64,000 nt of DNA. Source: a candidate division FCPU426 bacterium (lineage in GTDB: Bacteria > Oederibacteriota > Muellerivitia > Muellerivitales > Muellerivitaceae). Position numbers and translations under genes: made by a program. Location of the stretch: the NCBI GenBank assembly GCA_963847625.1, contig CAWKAR010000020.1:1-64000 (forward strand). Direction: 5' to 3'. The notes below the pieces were generated by a model. The model was not told the origin of the DNA. It worked only from the letters and a program-made list of their open reading frames with translations, and searched no databases. Below are positions 1 to 8,671 of this stretch, one piece after another (the stretch's first letter is position 1; every line of letters begins with the position of its first letter).

Positions 1-132
1 ACGAAGGGTCCCCGCCGTAGACAAGTCTATCCGACTAAATTGTCCAACTGGAAAAGCAAATTGACCTGCCTCCCAAAAACTGGTCCAACTGAAAAGTTAC
101 ACTTTTCTTGGGGATCCTTTTTTATATAAACC

Positions 133-161
133 TTGGCCCACGAGGGGCCAAAAGTTTTTTT
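133..161. terminator. Intrinsic terminator-like hairpin downstream of the metal-uptake operon
   Basis: TTGGCCC-acgag-GGGCCAA stem with T-rich flanks, directly after the permease stop codon. Confidence 0.5.
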
Positions 162-999
162 ATTTCAGCCTTCCGTAATCGGTATTTTTCATCCGGGTCG
201 CGATGGAAATCACGATAACCGCCAGCCCGAAAACGCAAACAATGGAGGCCCCCATCGGAAGGTCCCGAGTATAGGACAACCAGGCGCCCAATATTGAAAC
301 CAAAAAGCCGATTCCCCAGGCCCAGAAAAGACGTGTGGGGCCCTTAAACCCCAAAAGGGTAGCGCAAACCAGAGGAACGATCAAATAGGAAAAAACAGCC
401 AATACGCCGCTGATTTTCACAGAGCTGGTGACAACCAGCCCAAAAGCAGCGTAAAAAAGGAAATCCCAAAGTTTCACCGAAATACCCTGGCGGTTGGCTT
501 CATGGGGGTTGGTGGAACAGAGGGTGAGAGTTTTTCGGTTCCAATAAAGAAACAATCCCACGATGCTATAAAAGAAAGCCATCAACCCAATATCCTTGGC
601 CGACACCCAGCCTAAGGCTTCCCCACTGAGAGTGTGCTGCACGTGCTCGGCGCCGTGCGGCGCGTTAGCCAAAAGCAGGAGGGAAGCCGCGGTGGCAAGC
701 GAAAAGGCGATACCGATAAAGGCTTCCTGCAGGACCGAATGATTCCGGTCCCACAGGAAACTGAAAAGCGCCGCGCCCAGCAAGGTGAGGGCGAAAGACC
801 AATAATAAGTGCTTGGGTCATGGGGCTCGGCTCCCATAAGGAAAGCCACGCTTTGCCCCATGGCGGCGATTTGGGCCAGGGCCAGATCCACGAAGATGAC
901 ACCCCGGGCCAAGACATGAGTCCCCAAGGTGGGGTGGATCAGAACCAACAAAACACAGGCCAGAATCGGAAGCCCCATCACGGCGATGAAGTTGGACAT
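160..999 (-). CDS. Metal (Zn/Mn) ABC transporter permease, ZnuB/ABC-3 family
   Basis: Multi-TM protein with G.HVLARGVIFVDLALAQIAA and VTSSVKISGVLAVFSYLIVP motifs; follows a metal-binding protein gene. Confidence 0.85.
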   Translation of the reverse strand: MSNFIAVMGLPILACVLLVLIHPTLGTHVLARGVIFVDLALAQIAAMGQSVAFLMGAEPHDPSTYYWSFALTLLGAALFSFLWDRNHSVLQEAFIGIAFSLATAASLLLLANAPHGAEHVQHTLSGEALGWVSAKDIGLMAFFYSIVGLFLYWNRKTLTLCSTNPHEANRQGISVKLWDFLFYAAFGLVVTSSVKISGVLAVFSYLIVPLVCATLLGFKGPTRLFWAWGIGFLVSILGAWLSYTRDLPMGASIVCVFGLAVIVISIATRMKNTDYGRLK

Positions 1000-1004
1000 G
1001 GCTC

Positions 1005-1919
1005 TTAATTACCTCCCAGGGCCTTGGCCAAGATCGACACGATGTAGTCGAACTTGGAAAAGACATCCTTGGCTTCCGGCACCCCGCCCACTTCGTTGGG
1101 AATTTCATAGGCTGTGGCACCCGCCTTCTTGGCCAGCGCTTGAGCCTCGTCGGCCTCGTAATAGGGCTGGTATAACACCACCTTTACCCCCGCCGCCTTC
1201 ATGGCCTCAGCGGTTTCGGATAAGTACCGGGGGTTGGGTGGAATACCGGGCTTGGGTTCCACGGTCCCGAAGAGTTTCAATCCGAACCGCTCGGTGAAGT
1301 ATTTGAAATTCTCGTGGTAGGTCACGAGCTTGGCGCCCTTATAGGGTTTCAGTTGGGCCTTCCAGCCCTTGATGGCCTTCTCCATTTTCGCGTCGAAGGC
1401 CTTGGCGTTGGCCTGGTACTCGTCAGCGTTCGCCGGGTCCAATTCCCCGAAAATGTTGGCCAAATGGTTGGCGACAATTTCCAGGTTCCCCGGATCGGAA
1501 TAATAATGGGGGTTGCCCAGGGGATGGATATCGCCCTCGGCGCGGCTGACCGTGCCCACGGGCTTGTCCAGCACCTCAATCCCCTCGGAGGCGTCAATAA
1601 AACCCTTGGCGCCAGGCTGGATTTTAGGGTTCCGGCTTCCCGGGATGACCAGCGGCAGCCAGCCCCCATCCAGCTCTAGGCCGACCGACACGAAGACGTC
1701 GGCGTCCTGAATGGCCTTCATCAGGCTGGGCTTGGCCGGCACGAAGTGCGGATCCTCGTAACCCTTGCAAAGACTAATGGCCGTCACATGCTTGCCTCCC
1801 ACGGATTGGGCTACCGAAGCCAGATCCGATAGAGACGTCGCCACCTTCAAATCCGCGAAGGCGGGCATGGTGAAGAGACAAAAGGCAAAACTCAAAAATA
1901 GCTTCATCGACGATTTCAT
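1005..1919 (-). CDS. Metal ABC transporter substrate-binding protein, ZnuA/TroA family
   Basis: Signal peptide; DPHF, GDIHPLGNPHY and TYHENF motifs; AGGAGG RBS before ATG 1919 (ORF track starts at 1994). Confidence 0.9.
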   Translation of the reverse strand: MKSSMKLFLSFAFCLFTMPAFADLKVATSLSDLASVAQSVGGKHVTAISLCKGYEDPHFVPAKPSLMKAIQDADVFVSVGLELDGGWLPLVIPGSRNPKIQPGAKGFIDASEGIEVLDKPVGTVSRAEGDIHPLGNPHYYSDPGNLEIVANHLANIFGELDPANADEYQANAKAFDAKMEKAIKGWKAQLKPYKGAKLVTYHENFKYFTERFGLKLFGTVEPKPGIPPNPRYLSETAEAMKAAGVKVVLYQPYYEADEAQALAKKAGATAYEIPNEVGGVPEAKDVFSKFDYIVSILAKALGGN

Positions 1920-1965
1920 GAAATCCTCCTGAAAGTTGTTGGTATTAAACATTTGCGGCTCCTTT

Positions 1966-3054
1966 TTAGTACGCATGTGGCGGGTGGAAACCAATGATGT
2001 AGTTGAATTGGAGCATCACCCGATTGTCCACTGTGCCCGCGTCGTTCCGAGCCAAGCCGTATTCCAGTTTCATCTCGGAGAATTCCGAGGGAAGCCAGGC
2101 GATATTGGCAGAGGCCCGCTGGACATGGCCAGAGAGGTAGGTGTCCGTTGGGTTGTCGGCAACGTCGGAGACACTATTGAATGCCTCCTCCACCCGGACG
2201 CCGGACCACCATTCCTGTCCCCAGCGGTACTGGAATGAACCGTACCACCCGTCCGATTCCTGGTTATAGACGCTGTCGTTGTATGAAACCTTTTTGATGT
2301 ATTCCCCCTGGAGGATCCATCCCCGCTCGTTGGATCGCCGAAGCGGGACGTTTCGGAAAGTGAGGTCGGCTCCATAGACCGCGTGGTGCAGACCGTCGTC
2401 CCCCATTCCGGTTAAATCGGACGCGCCCAATTCCATGGTCGTGTTTTCATCCACGTCAAAGAGGTTTTTCAGGTGGACGAGGTAGGGGATGCTGCCGGTG
2501 GAACCCCCGTTGAAATCGAGGGGATGGTCCGGCGTGGCCTCTACCTGCCGATACCCGCCCAGGGTCAGCTCGCAGAACCAGGGCAGGGGGGTCATCCAGG
2601 CCGCTTCCAGGCCCGCGTTCTTGTATCCCTCCTCCCCGACGCTGTTAGACATAATGAGCGGCGCCTGGATGAAGGGGAAGGCATGGGTGTGGAGCATACC
2701 GTGCTTCCCGAAAGCCGCGCGAAATTCCCCGACCTTGATCAGGATGTTAGAAATGCCGGTGGTGGTGGCGTATGCTTCCTCCGCCACGCCGGTCTCCGCG
2801 TCGAAGGTGAAGTTGCCCGCCAGAGTCCAAAGCGGGTCCACGGTGGAAATGACGCTGATTTCCGCTTCCTGGAAACTTGGCCCGGTGGAACCGGGTGTGT
2901 TCAAATCCGGCGCGGCCTGGGCCAAAAACAGCGCGCTCATGCCGATGGCCGGATTGGCCAAGTTCGAGATGATCGACCGGGTTTGGGCGTGCAGGGGAAG
3001 CACACCTAATACGAGAGTGAAACAACAAACAAATAAGCGAATAAATGATTTCAT
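1966..3054 (-). CDS. Outer-membrane beta-barrel protein, zinc-regulated receptor-like
   Basis: Signal peptide, FGKHGMLHTHAFPF His motif, amphipathic strands, C-terminal IGFHPPHAY; context of a metal-uptake operon. Confidence 0.7.
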   Translation of the reverse strand: MKSFIRLFVCCFTLVLGVLPLHAQTRSIISNLANPAIGMSALFLAQAAPDLNTPGSTGPSFQEAEISVISTVDPLWTLAGNFTFDAETGVAEEAYATTTGISNILIKVGEFRAAFGKHGMLHTHAFPFIQAPLIMSNSVGEEGYKNAGLEAAWMTPLPWFCELTLGGYRQVEATPDHPLDFNGGSTGSIPYLVHLKNLFDVDENTTMELGASDLTGMGDDGLHHAVYGADLTFRNVPLRRSNERGWILQGEYIKKVSYNDSVYNQESDGWYGSFQYRWGQEWWSGVRVEEAFNSVSDVADNPTDTYLSGHVQRASANIAWLPSEFSEMKLEYGLARNDAGTVDNRVMLQFNYIIGFHPPHAY

Positions 3055-3058
3055 TCTT

Positions 3059-3109
3059 CCTCCTTGAAATTTCGGCCTGTGAAGGCCGTTGATATTTCGT
3101 TACAAGAGG
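3059..3109 (-). promoter_or_regulatory. Predicted RBS-sequestering hairpin (translational attenuator)
   Basis: mRNA CCUCUUG-uaac-GAAAU-aucaa-CGGCCU-ucac-AGGCCG-aa-AUUUC-AAGGAGG: nested complementary arms pair the last codons of the leader with the SD of the barrel gene. Confidence 0.6.
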
Positions 3110-3390
3110 TTTTGAGGCGGGGACCTTCCGGAGTTGAAAAAGAAACTTGCAAAAGCGACTTCAAATTTTTTAATAAAAAGTGGAGCAACAATAAAAACAG
3201 GAAAAAGCATTGGTCGAATTAACACTTCAGTGCCTTGGGACCCCGAATGGCACCATTGGCAATAGGGGCAATCCCGCTCCGACTCGGAACCATGGTGCCT
3301 ATGGAAAAATCCTTCCCCGGTCATGATCAGCAAAAAAACCAAAGCCAATGCCACCAGGGACGATTTAAAAACAATTTTCTTAAATTCCAA
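3100..3390 (-). CDS. DUF2946-like leader peptide (TM-HRHH-CxxC-hydrophobic-GRSPP)
   Basis: TTG start after AAGGGGGA; ...HRHHGSESERDCPYCQWCH...NSGRSPPQNLL; same architecture as 8123-8416. Confidence 0.7.
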   Translation of the reverse strand: MEFKKIVFKSSLVALALVFLLIMTGEGFFHRHHGSESERDCPYCQWCHSGSQGTEVLIRPMLFPVFIVAPLFIKKFEVAFASFFFNSGRSPPQNLL

Positions 3391-3407
3391 TGAATCCCCC
3401 TTAAGTC

Positions 3408-4139
3408 TCAAAACCATGCTTTCCTCGGCCACGCAACTTTGTCGGACGTCATCCGGTAAAGGCACCAACCGGTGCTTCGCTCATCGAACTGTGTCCCCAC
3501 TTTCAACGTGCCGAAAACCGTGACCGGCACGTCCATGATCGCCTCGGCGGTTTTTCCCCGGTCCATGTCCACGTAAATCCACTGGTTAAGGTTTGGAACC
3601 GCGCCGTAACAGCAGGTGGCCCGGCTTTGCGCCAGGATGAAGGTGCAGGCGTTGTTTTTCTCCACTGTCATGGGGATCATGAAACCCACCACCGATATTT
3701 TTTGTCCGTCCAAAGCCCGGATGTTGGGCGGCACTTTTGAAAGGGGTACTTCGGCCTTTTGGCCTGCGTCTGCTTTGGGGTCATCCAACGGCGGTTTACC
3801 GGAGGGGAAACCACTCAGGGTGTCGAAACCTAATTGGAAATAATCTCCTACTTTCGGGTAAGGAATATTCAAACCAAACGATCCGGCGGGATTTTTCGCT
3901 TCCTTCCGGGTCGAGGCATAGGTTTTTCCGGCTTCCTCCTTATGGGCCTGGTCTTTCCACCATCGGGTCATTGACGGGGTATAGGATCCTTTTAAGAGGA
4001 TCAGGAACATCACCAAACCCACTATCCCCGTGAAAACAATGATGGCCCAAAAGCTTGAGTCCCTCGGGGGAATGGAGGATTGGTACTCGACCTTCACCCT
4101 TTTCTTTCCCGGCCAGACGTTGCGGATATAGATTTTCAT
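3408..4139 (-). CDS. DUF3299-like membrane-anchored protein (paralog 1)
   Basis: LDGQKISVVGFMIP...FILAQSRATCCYG..P.LNQWI.V core; one N-terminal TM segment. Confidence 0.7.
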   Translation of the reverse strand: MKIYIRNVWPGKKRVKVEYQSSIPPRDSSFWAIIVFTGIVGLVMFLILLKGSYTPSMTRWWKDQAHKEEAGKTYASTRKEAKNPAGSFGLNIPYPKVGDYFQLGFDTLSGFPSGKPPLDDPKADAGQKAEVPLSKVPPNIRALDGQKISVVGFMIPMTVEKNNACTFILAQSRATCCYGAVPNLNQWIYVDMDRGKTAEAIMDVPVTVFGTLKVGTQFDERSTGWCLYRMTSDKVAWPRKAWF

Positions 4140-4159
4140 TCCGGTTCCCTACCTTTCGC

Positions 4160-4783
4160 TCACCACATGGATTCCTTGGGGACGATGACTTTGTCGGCCA
4201 CCATCCGGTAAAGGCTCCAGCCCATGTCGGCCTTTTTCCTCTCGCCGACGGATAGCGTTCCGAAAACCGTCACGGGCACATCCATAATGGCGTCAGCGTC
4301 CTTCTCCCCGTCCATGCGCACGAACATCCACTCGTTCATCTTGGGGGTGATGCCGTAACAACAGGTCGCCTGGCTCCTGGCCAGGATGAAGGAGGTGGCC
4401 TTGTCCCCGGCCTCGTTCGTGTCGATTGGAATCATGAATCCCACGACCGCGATGTTTACCCTGTCCAATTTCTTTATGAATGCCGGGACGGGGAACTTCT
4501 TCTTTTTCAACCTTAATTTGGGATCAATCTCCTCCTCGATTTCGGGAGCGTCATACTTGAAATGCGCGAGTGTGTCCCAAGTGACCAGGGAGCGGCCTTC
4601 CAGTTTGGGATAAACGGTGATGGGGGCGGATTTCAGGTCCACCGCTGTGATCGGGTAGATCGTCGGCGCCGGACCGGCCGGTTGGCCCGTGATGGGATTG
4701 ACGGAAATCATTAATCCCAACCCCAGCAAAAGCCCAAATCGCATACTGAAAACTAACTTTTTTTGAAGCGAACTATTTTTCAA
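4160..4783 (-). CDS. DUF3299-like exported protein (paralog 2)
   Basis: VTWDTL...LDRVNIAVVGFMIP...FILARSQATCCYG core; signal peptide. Confidence 0.7.
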   Translation of the reverse strand: MKNSSLQKKLVFSMRFGLLLGLGLMISVNPITGQPAGPAPTIYPITAVDLKSAPITVYPKLEGRSLVTWDTLAHFKYDAPEIEEEIDPKLRLKKKKFPVPAFIKKLDRVNIAVVGFMIPIDTNEAGDKATSFILARSQATCCYGITPKMNEWMFVRMDGEKDADAIMDVPVTVFGTLSVGERKKADMGWSLYRMVADKVIVPKESMW

Positions 4784-4810
4784 AGTTGCCTCCGTATTCG
4801 CGCTTGAATC

Positions 4811-5443
4811 TCAATAAAACCAAGGTTTATCGGAAGGGATTCCTACCTTATCGGATACCATCCGGTAAAGGCACCACCCCTTATTAGCGTGGTCGTATTT
4901 CGTACCCACGCTTAAAGTCCCGAATACCGTGATTGGGACATCCATCTTCCACTCGGTTGACTTTCCTTTTTCCATCGTGACGTCGATCCATTGGTTCAAT
5001 TTGGGGGCGATGCCGAAGCAACAAGTCATCTGGCTTTGGGCGAGGATGAACGACAACACCCGGTACTTCTCTGAGAGCATCGGGATCATGAAACCTTCCA
5101 CCATGACCTTTCGGCCGTCCAAAGCCCTGATGAATTCCGGGACTACCTGTTGTTTTTTCCGGGACGCCTCTTTCGGCTCCAATGGATCGCTGTTCAAATC
5201 ATCCCGTTGGGTATTCATATCCTCCGTCGCGTCGGGGGAATCAATCGGGTAGGAACTGAGTAAATTGAAACCGACCTTTAAATATCCGTCCGACTCGGAA
5301 AAACGGGTTCCAGGCTTTGACCCATCACGCCTCATTTCCATAACTTCGCCAGGAATGGCGAGTAAAAGAATTAACAAGCCCAGCCAAATAAGGCCAAAGG
5401 CAACTAACGTGACCCCGCGAAACCCCGATTTAATCCCAGGCAT
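4811..5443 (-). CDS. DUF3299-like protein (paralog 3)
   Basis: LDGRKVMVEGFMIP...FILAQSQMTCCFG..PKLNQWI core. Confidence 0.7.
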   Translation of the reverse strand: MPGIKSGFRGVTLVAFGLIWLGLLILLLAIPGEVMEMRRDGSKPGTRFSESDGYLKVGFNLLSSYPIDSPDATEDMNTQRDDLNSDPLEPKEASRKKQQVVPEFIRALDGRKVMVEGFMIPMLSEKYRVLSFILAQSQMTCCFGIAPKLNQWIDVTMEKGKSTEWKMDVPITVFGTLSVGTKYDHANKGWCLYRMVSDKVGIPSDKPWFY

Positions 5444-5452
5444 TTTTCCGCC

Positions 5453-5962
5453 TTATTTCCCCGCAGGGGCCGAAGGCTTCACGCCCTCGTTCCCTTCCGG
5501 ATAGAGGAACCATACGTTTTTAAAGGCTTCGCCCTTCGCCTTGATATAAGCGATGGTTCCCTCGAACTTGTTCACACCCTTAAGTTTTTTCGAAATTCCC
5601 CGGTATTCGGAAGTGCTGCCGATGACCTCCCCCGTCAAGGCATCGGCGACGGGAAATAGCTTCACAATGTAAGATCCGGTTTTTCCCTTCACCTTGATTT
5701 GGAGGAAGGACTGGGAAATCCTCACAGGATTCTCAGCCTCGCCGTCCAGGACGAAAGCGTCGAATCCGCCCGTAGCGGAGTCCAATAAAAGCTCTACATG
5801 TGCGAATTCCTCCCCCAGCTCGATCAGCGTCCCATGGTGGGGCGGATGATGCTCGTGGGCCGAGATTTGGGCTGCTAAGAATAGGAATAGCGGCAGGATC
5901 GCGGCGGAAGCCAAGATCCCGGATAAGTTTCTTTTTTCCATTTCGTTACTCCTTATATTCAT
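5453..5962 (-). CDS. His-rich periplasmic putative metal-binding protein
   Basis: Signal peptide ending ISA, mature N-terminus HEHHPPHHG. Confidence 0.6.
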   Translation of the reverse strand: MNIRSNEMEKRNLSGILASAAILPLFLFLAAQISAHEHHPPHHGTLIELGEEFAHVELLLDSATGGFDAFVLDGEAENPVRISQSFLQIKVKGKTGSYIVKLFPVADALTGEVIGSTSEYRGISKKLKGVNKFEGTIAYIKAKGEAFKNVWFLYPEGNEGVKPSAPAGK

Positions 5963-5965
5963 GTG

Positions 5966-7240
5966 TTAAGACAAGGGATCTAAATTACGGGCCACATCCG
6001 TGGAATAAGCCCTGAGGGCGGGGACAAGCCCAGAAACGGCCCCCAAAAGGGTCATGCCGATGGGTACGGATAACAGGGATGGGTGAAACTGGAACACGTC
6101 CAGCACCACACCCGTCTGCTGGCGCACCACCACGGCGGTTACTGAAAATATAGCCAGGTAGATGCCGTACCCGGCAAGGGAGCCCATTCCAGCGATGGCG
6201 GTAGCCTCTAGCACGATGGCGGAAAACACCGTGGAGCGCTTGGCGCCCAGGGACCGCAAAATGGCGAACTCCCGCCTTCGCTCATTCAGAGTGTTGTATA
6301 AACTGGAAAGAATGGACGCGGCCGCAACCAGCATCACCAGGTAAGCCACCAACGTGAGGATCTTCGTCACCCACCCCATCTTGTCGAACAACTCAGCCAT
6401 CACCTTCCCGATGGGCCAGGCCAAGGTCGCCACTTTTCCCTGGCGGTTGATGGTTTGGTCCAGCATGAAGCCCGCCTGGGGGCTGTAGAATTTCAACATG
6501 ACTGCGGAGACTTCCTTATCGGCGTCCGGTATTTCCACGCCCTCCTTGGCCACATACTCTTTCCCCGTTCCCCGAAGGACGTGGCCCTTCATGCGGTATA
6601 CATCGTCGATAGGAATCCAGATGACCCGGTCCGAGGGCGTGTTCGTCGGTTGGAGGATACCCACCACCTGGAACACTTCCTCATGCTGCATGTTGGGGTC
6701 AAAGAAAAGCCCGTGGTATGGTTTGAATGTGGAGCCCACCTGGAGGTTTAGTTTCCGCGCCGCAAAACTACCGATCACGGCCTCCCTTTTCGCCGGATCG
6801 AACACCCTTCCGCCTGGCTGGACCGAAAGGTGCCGGCCGTTTTGGTATTCGAATTTCGTGAAAATGTCCCCGGTCGTCCCTACAATGCGGTAACCGATAT
6901 AGTTGTCACCCACCGCGTAGGGAACGGCCAGTTCCACCCTCGGGTCCTTCTTCACCGTCTCGTAAAGCGCCCAGGGAATGTTGCCGGGGGATGTTTCCAA
7001 CTGGAAAACCGCGTTCAGGACCAGTTGGAGTTGGCTTCCCCTGGCTCCCAAAACCGCGTCAAACCCCGCTTGGCCGCCCGTGAAAGCACCCCGGGTCTGG
7101 TGCTGGATGGAAAAGACTGCCATGGTCAATCCGGTCGCCAGTGCCACCGATACAACCGTGATCGCAGTTGAAAGTGCATGCTGTCTCATGCTCCGCTTGA
7201 CCAGGAAAAGCAGGTTTTTCAACTTAGTGATCGGATTCAT
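5966..7240 (-). CDS. ABC transporter permease, MacB/FtsX family
   Basis: N-terminal TM, large periplasmic domain, ERRREFAILRSLGA motif, C-terminal TMs. Confidence 0.9.
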   Translation of the reverse strand: MNPITKLKNLLFLVKRSMRQHALSTAITVVSVALATGLTMAVFSIQHQTRGAFTGGQAGFDAVLGARGSQLQLVLNAVFQLETSPGNIPWALYETVKKDPRVELAVPYAVGDNYIGYRIVGTTGDIFTKFEYQNGRHLSVQPGGRVFDPAKREAVIGSFAARKLNLQVGSTFKPYHGLFFDPNMQHEEVFQVVGILQPTNTPSDRVIWIPIDDVYRMKGHVLRGTGKEYVAKEGVEIPDADKEVSAVMLKFYSPQAGFMLDQTINRQGKVATLAWPIGKVMAELFDKMGWVTKILTLVAYLVMLVAAASILSSLYNTLNERRREFAILRSLGAKRSTVFSAIVLEATAIAGMGSLAGYGIYLAIFSVTAVVVRQQTGVVLDVFQFHPSLLSVPIGMTLLGAVSGLVPALRAYSTDVARNLDPLS

Positions 7241-7932
7241 TTCTGGGGCCTCCCGTTTCCAACCAAGACCGGGACCGGATTGATGCGGCTTAAGTTTTCC
7301 ACCCTCTCGAACTTCGATAAAATCTCACGGTCATGGCTAACCAGAAGAAGGGCCGCCCCGTTTTCCTGGCAAATCCGGCGAATAAGTGAAAGGGATTCCA
7401 TGGCCCTGACATGGTCCAAGTGGCCCGTGGGTTCATCTGCCAAAACCAGTTGGGGATGGTTGGCCAAAGCCCTGGCCACCGCGACTCTCTGCTGTTGCCC
7501 GACCGACATCTGCCTCGGAAGATATTGAAGTCGTTCTTCTAACCCGACCTTCTCCAGTAATGTTCTCGCGTAGGCCGCGTCAACTCCTTGGCCGAACATC
7601 ATTCCCAATTCCACGTTCTCCAAGGCTGTATAGCCCTGCAAAAGGTTGAAAGTTTGGAAGATATAACCCAGTGATTGTGCGCGGACCATATCCCTTGAGC
7701 TTTCTGACAAGGTTTCCATTTCCTGCCCCGCCAGCCGGATGCTTCCCTTGTCGGCTTTCAATATCCCGGCGATAAGGTTTAAAAACGTCGTTTTTCCTGA
7801 TCCGCTCTCGCCCGCCAGCGCCAGCTGTTCACCCTGGTCCAGAGAGAAATAATTCACGTTGACAACCAGTTGTTCGTCGCCCTCCGGCGACGGGTAGGAT
7901 TTTTTTAAATTTTTGATTTCAAGAACTTTCAT
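7237..7932 (-). CDS. ABC transporter ATP-binding protein, LolD/MacB-like
   Basis: Walker A GESGSGKT, signature MSVGQQQR, LADEPT, VSHD; 4-bp overlap with the permease. Confidence 0.95.
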   Translation of the reverse strand: MKVLEIKNLKKSYPSPEGDEQLVVNVNYFSLDQGEQLALAGESGSGKTTFLNLIAGILKADKGSIRLAGQEMETLSESSRDMVRAQSLGYIFQTFNLLQGYTALENVELGMMFGQGVDAAYARTLLEKVGLEERLQYLPRQMSVGQQQRVAVARALANHPQLVLADEPTGHLDHVRAMESLSLIRRICQENGAALLLVSHDREILSKFERVENLSRINPVPVLVGNGRPQK

Positions 7933-8122
7933 TTTTCCCTCGTGCCTTTAATCGGTTAATAAAAGAATCATTGGGAATAAACAGGGATATGCCTTGGATC
8001 GAACGGGAAAATGGCCGGGAATATGAGCTTGGGAAAATCCGGAATTTATGTTGATATGCCGGAATAAGCGGAAGTGTTTAAGGCACTAACGCTACCCTAT
8101 CGGTTGTTTTCCCGTTTGAAGG

Positions 8123-8416
8123 TTATGAAAGGACGGCAGGAGGGGCACGGCCAAAATGAAACGAAAATTTGGTACTGCGGAACGACGGAAGAAAAACCAA
8201 GACAGCGAAAAACAACGCGAAAATCGGGACAATCTCGACGGGAGCAGCGGAAAAATCCGAGTTACAGACCGCTTTGTGAAAACTACAGTAAGCGCAATCG
8301 CTTTCTTCAGCTTTTTCATGATGGTGGTGGACATAATTTTCGGCAAGGTCCACACCGGCGAAAGCCAGGAAAACAAAAATAGCCGTGAATTTGATCCATT
8401 TGCGCGAACGCATCAA
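8123..8416 (-). CDS. DUF2946-like leader peptide (signal-HHHH-CxxC-hydrophobic-GRAPP)
   Basis: ...VHHHHEKAEESDCAYCSFH...FHFGRAPPAVLS; first ORF of the operon. Confidence 0.75.
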   Translation of the reverse strand: MMRSRKWIKFTAIFVFLAFAGVDLAENYVHHHHEKAEESDCAYCSFHKAVCNSDFSAAPVEIVPIFALFFAVLVFLPSFRSTKFSFHFGRAPPAVLS

Positions 8417-8439
8417 AACTCCCTGTGAAACTGGCGTTT

Positions 8440-8468
8440 ATGATGGCAACCTTGGTAGGGAAAGTCAA
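8440..8468 (-). promoter_or_regulatory. Putative sigma70 promoter of the metal operon
   Basis: TTGACT-17 nt-CATCAT on the minus strand just upstream of the leader ORF. Confidence 0.35.
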
Positions 8469-8671
8469 TCATTGGACGAATAAAAAGGTTAAAGGTGGTT
8501 TGGTTAGGGGTTTCCTCATTTCCCAAAGAAAAACATAAGGCCCTGGAAAGCCGTAAGATAAACATATTCGTTAAAAAGTAGCCCAACCCTCGAACACCTG
8601 AAGACTCACCAAACACCCTATCCCTTTTTGGGAATTGATCTTAGGTTATCGAAAATAGTTCATTTTATCTT

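Noticed and set aside
41..96. Direct repeat GTCCAACTG(G)AAAAG, two copies
   Set aside because: Only two copies at the window edge with no context; not a CRISPR array and no function can be assigned.
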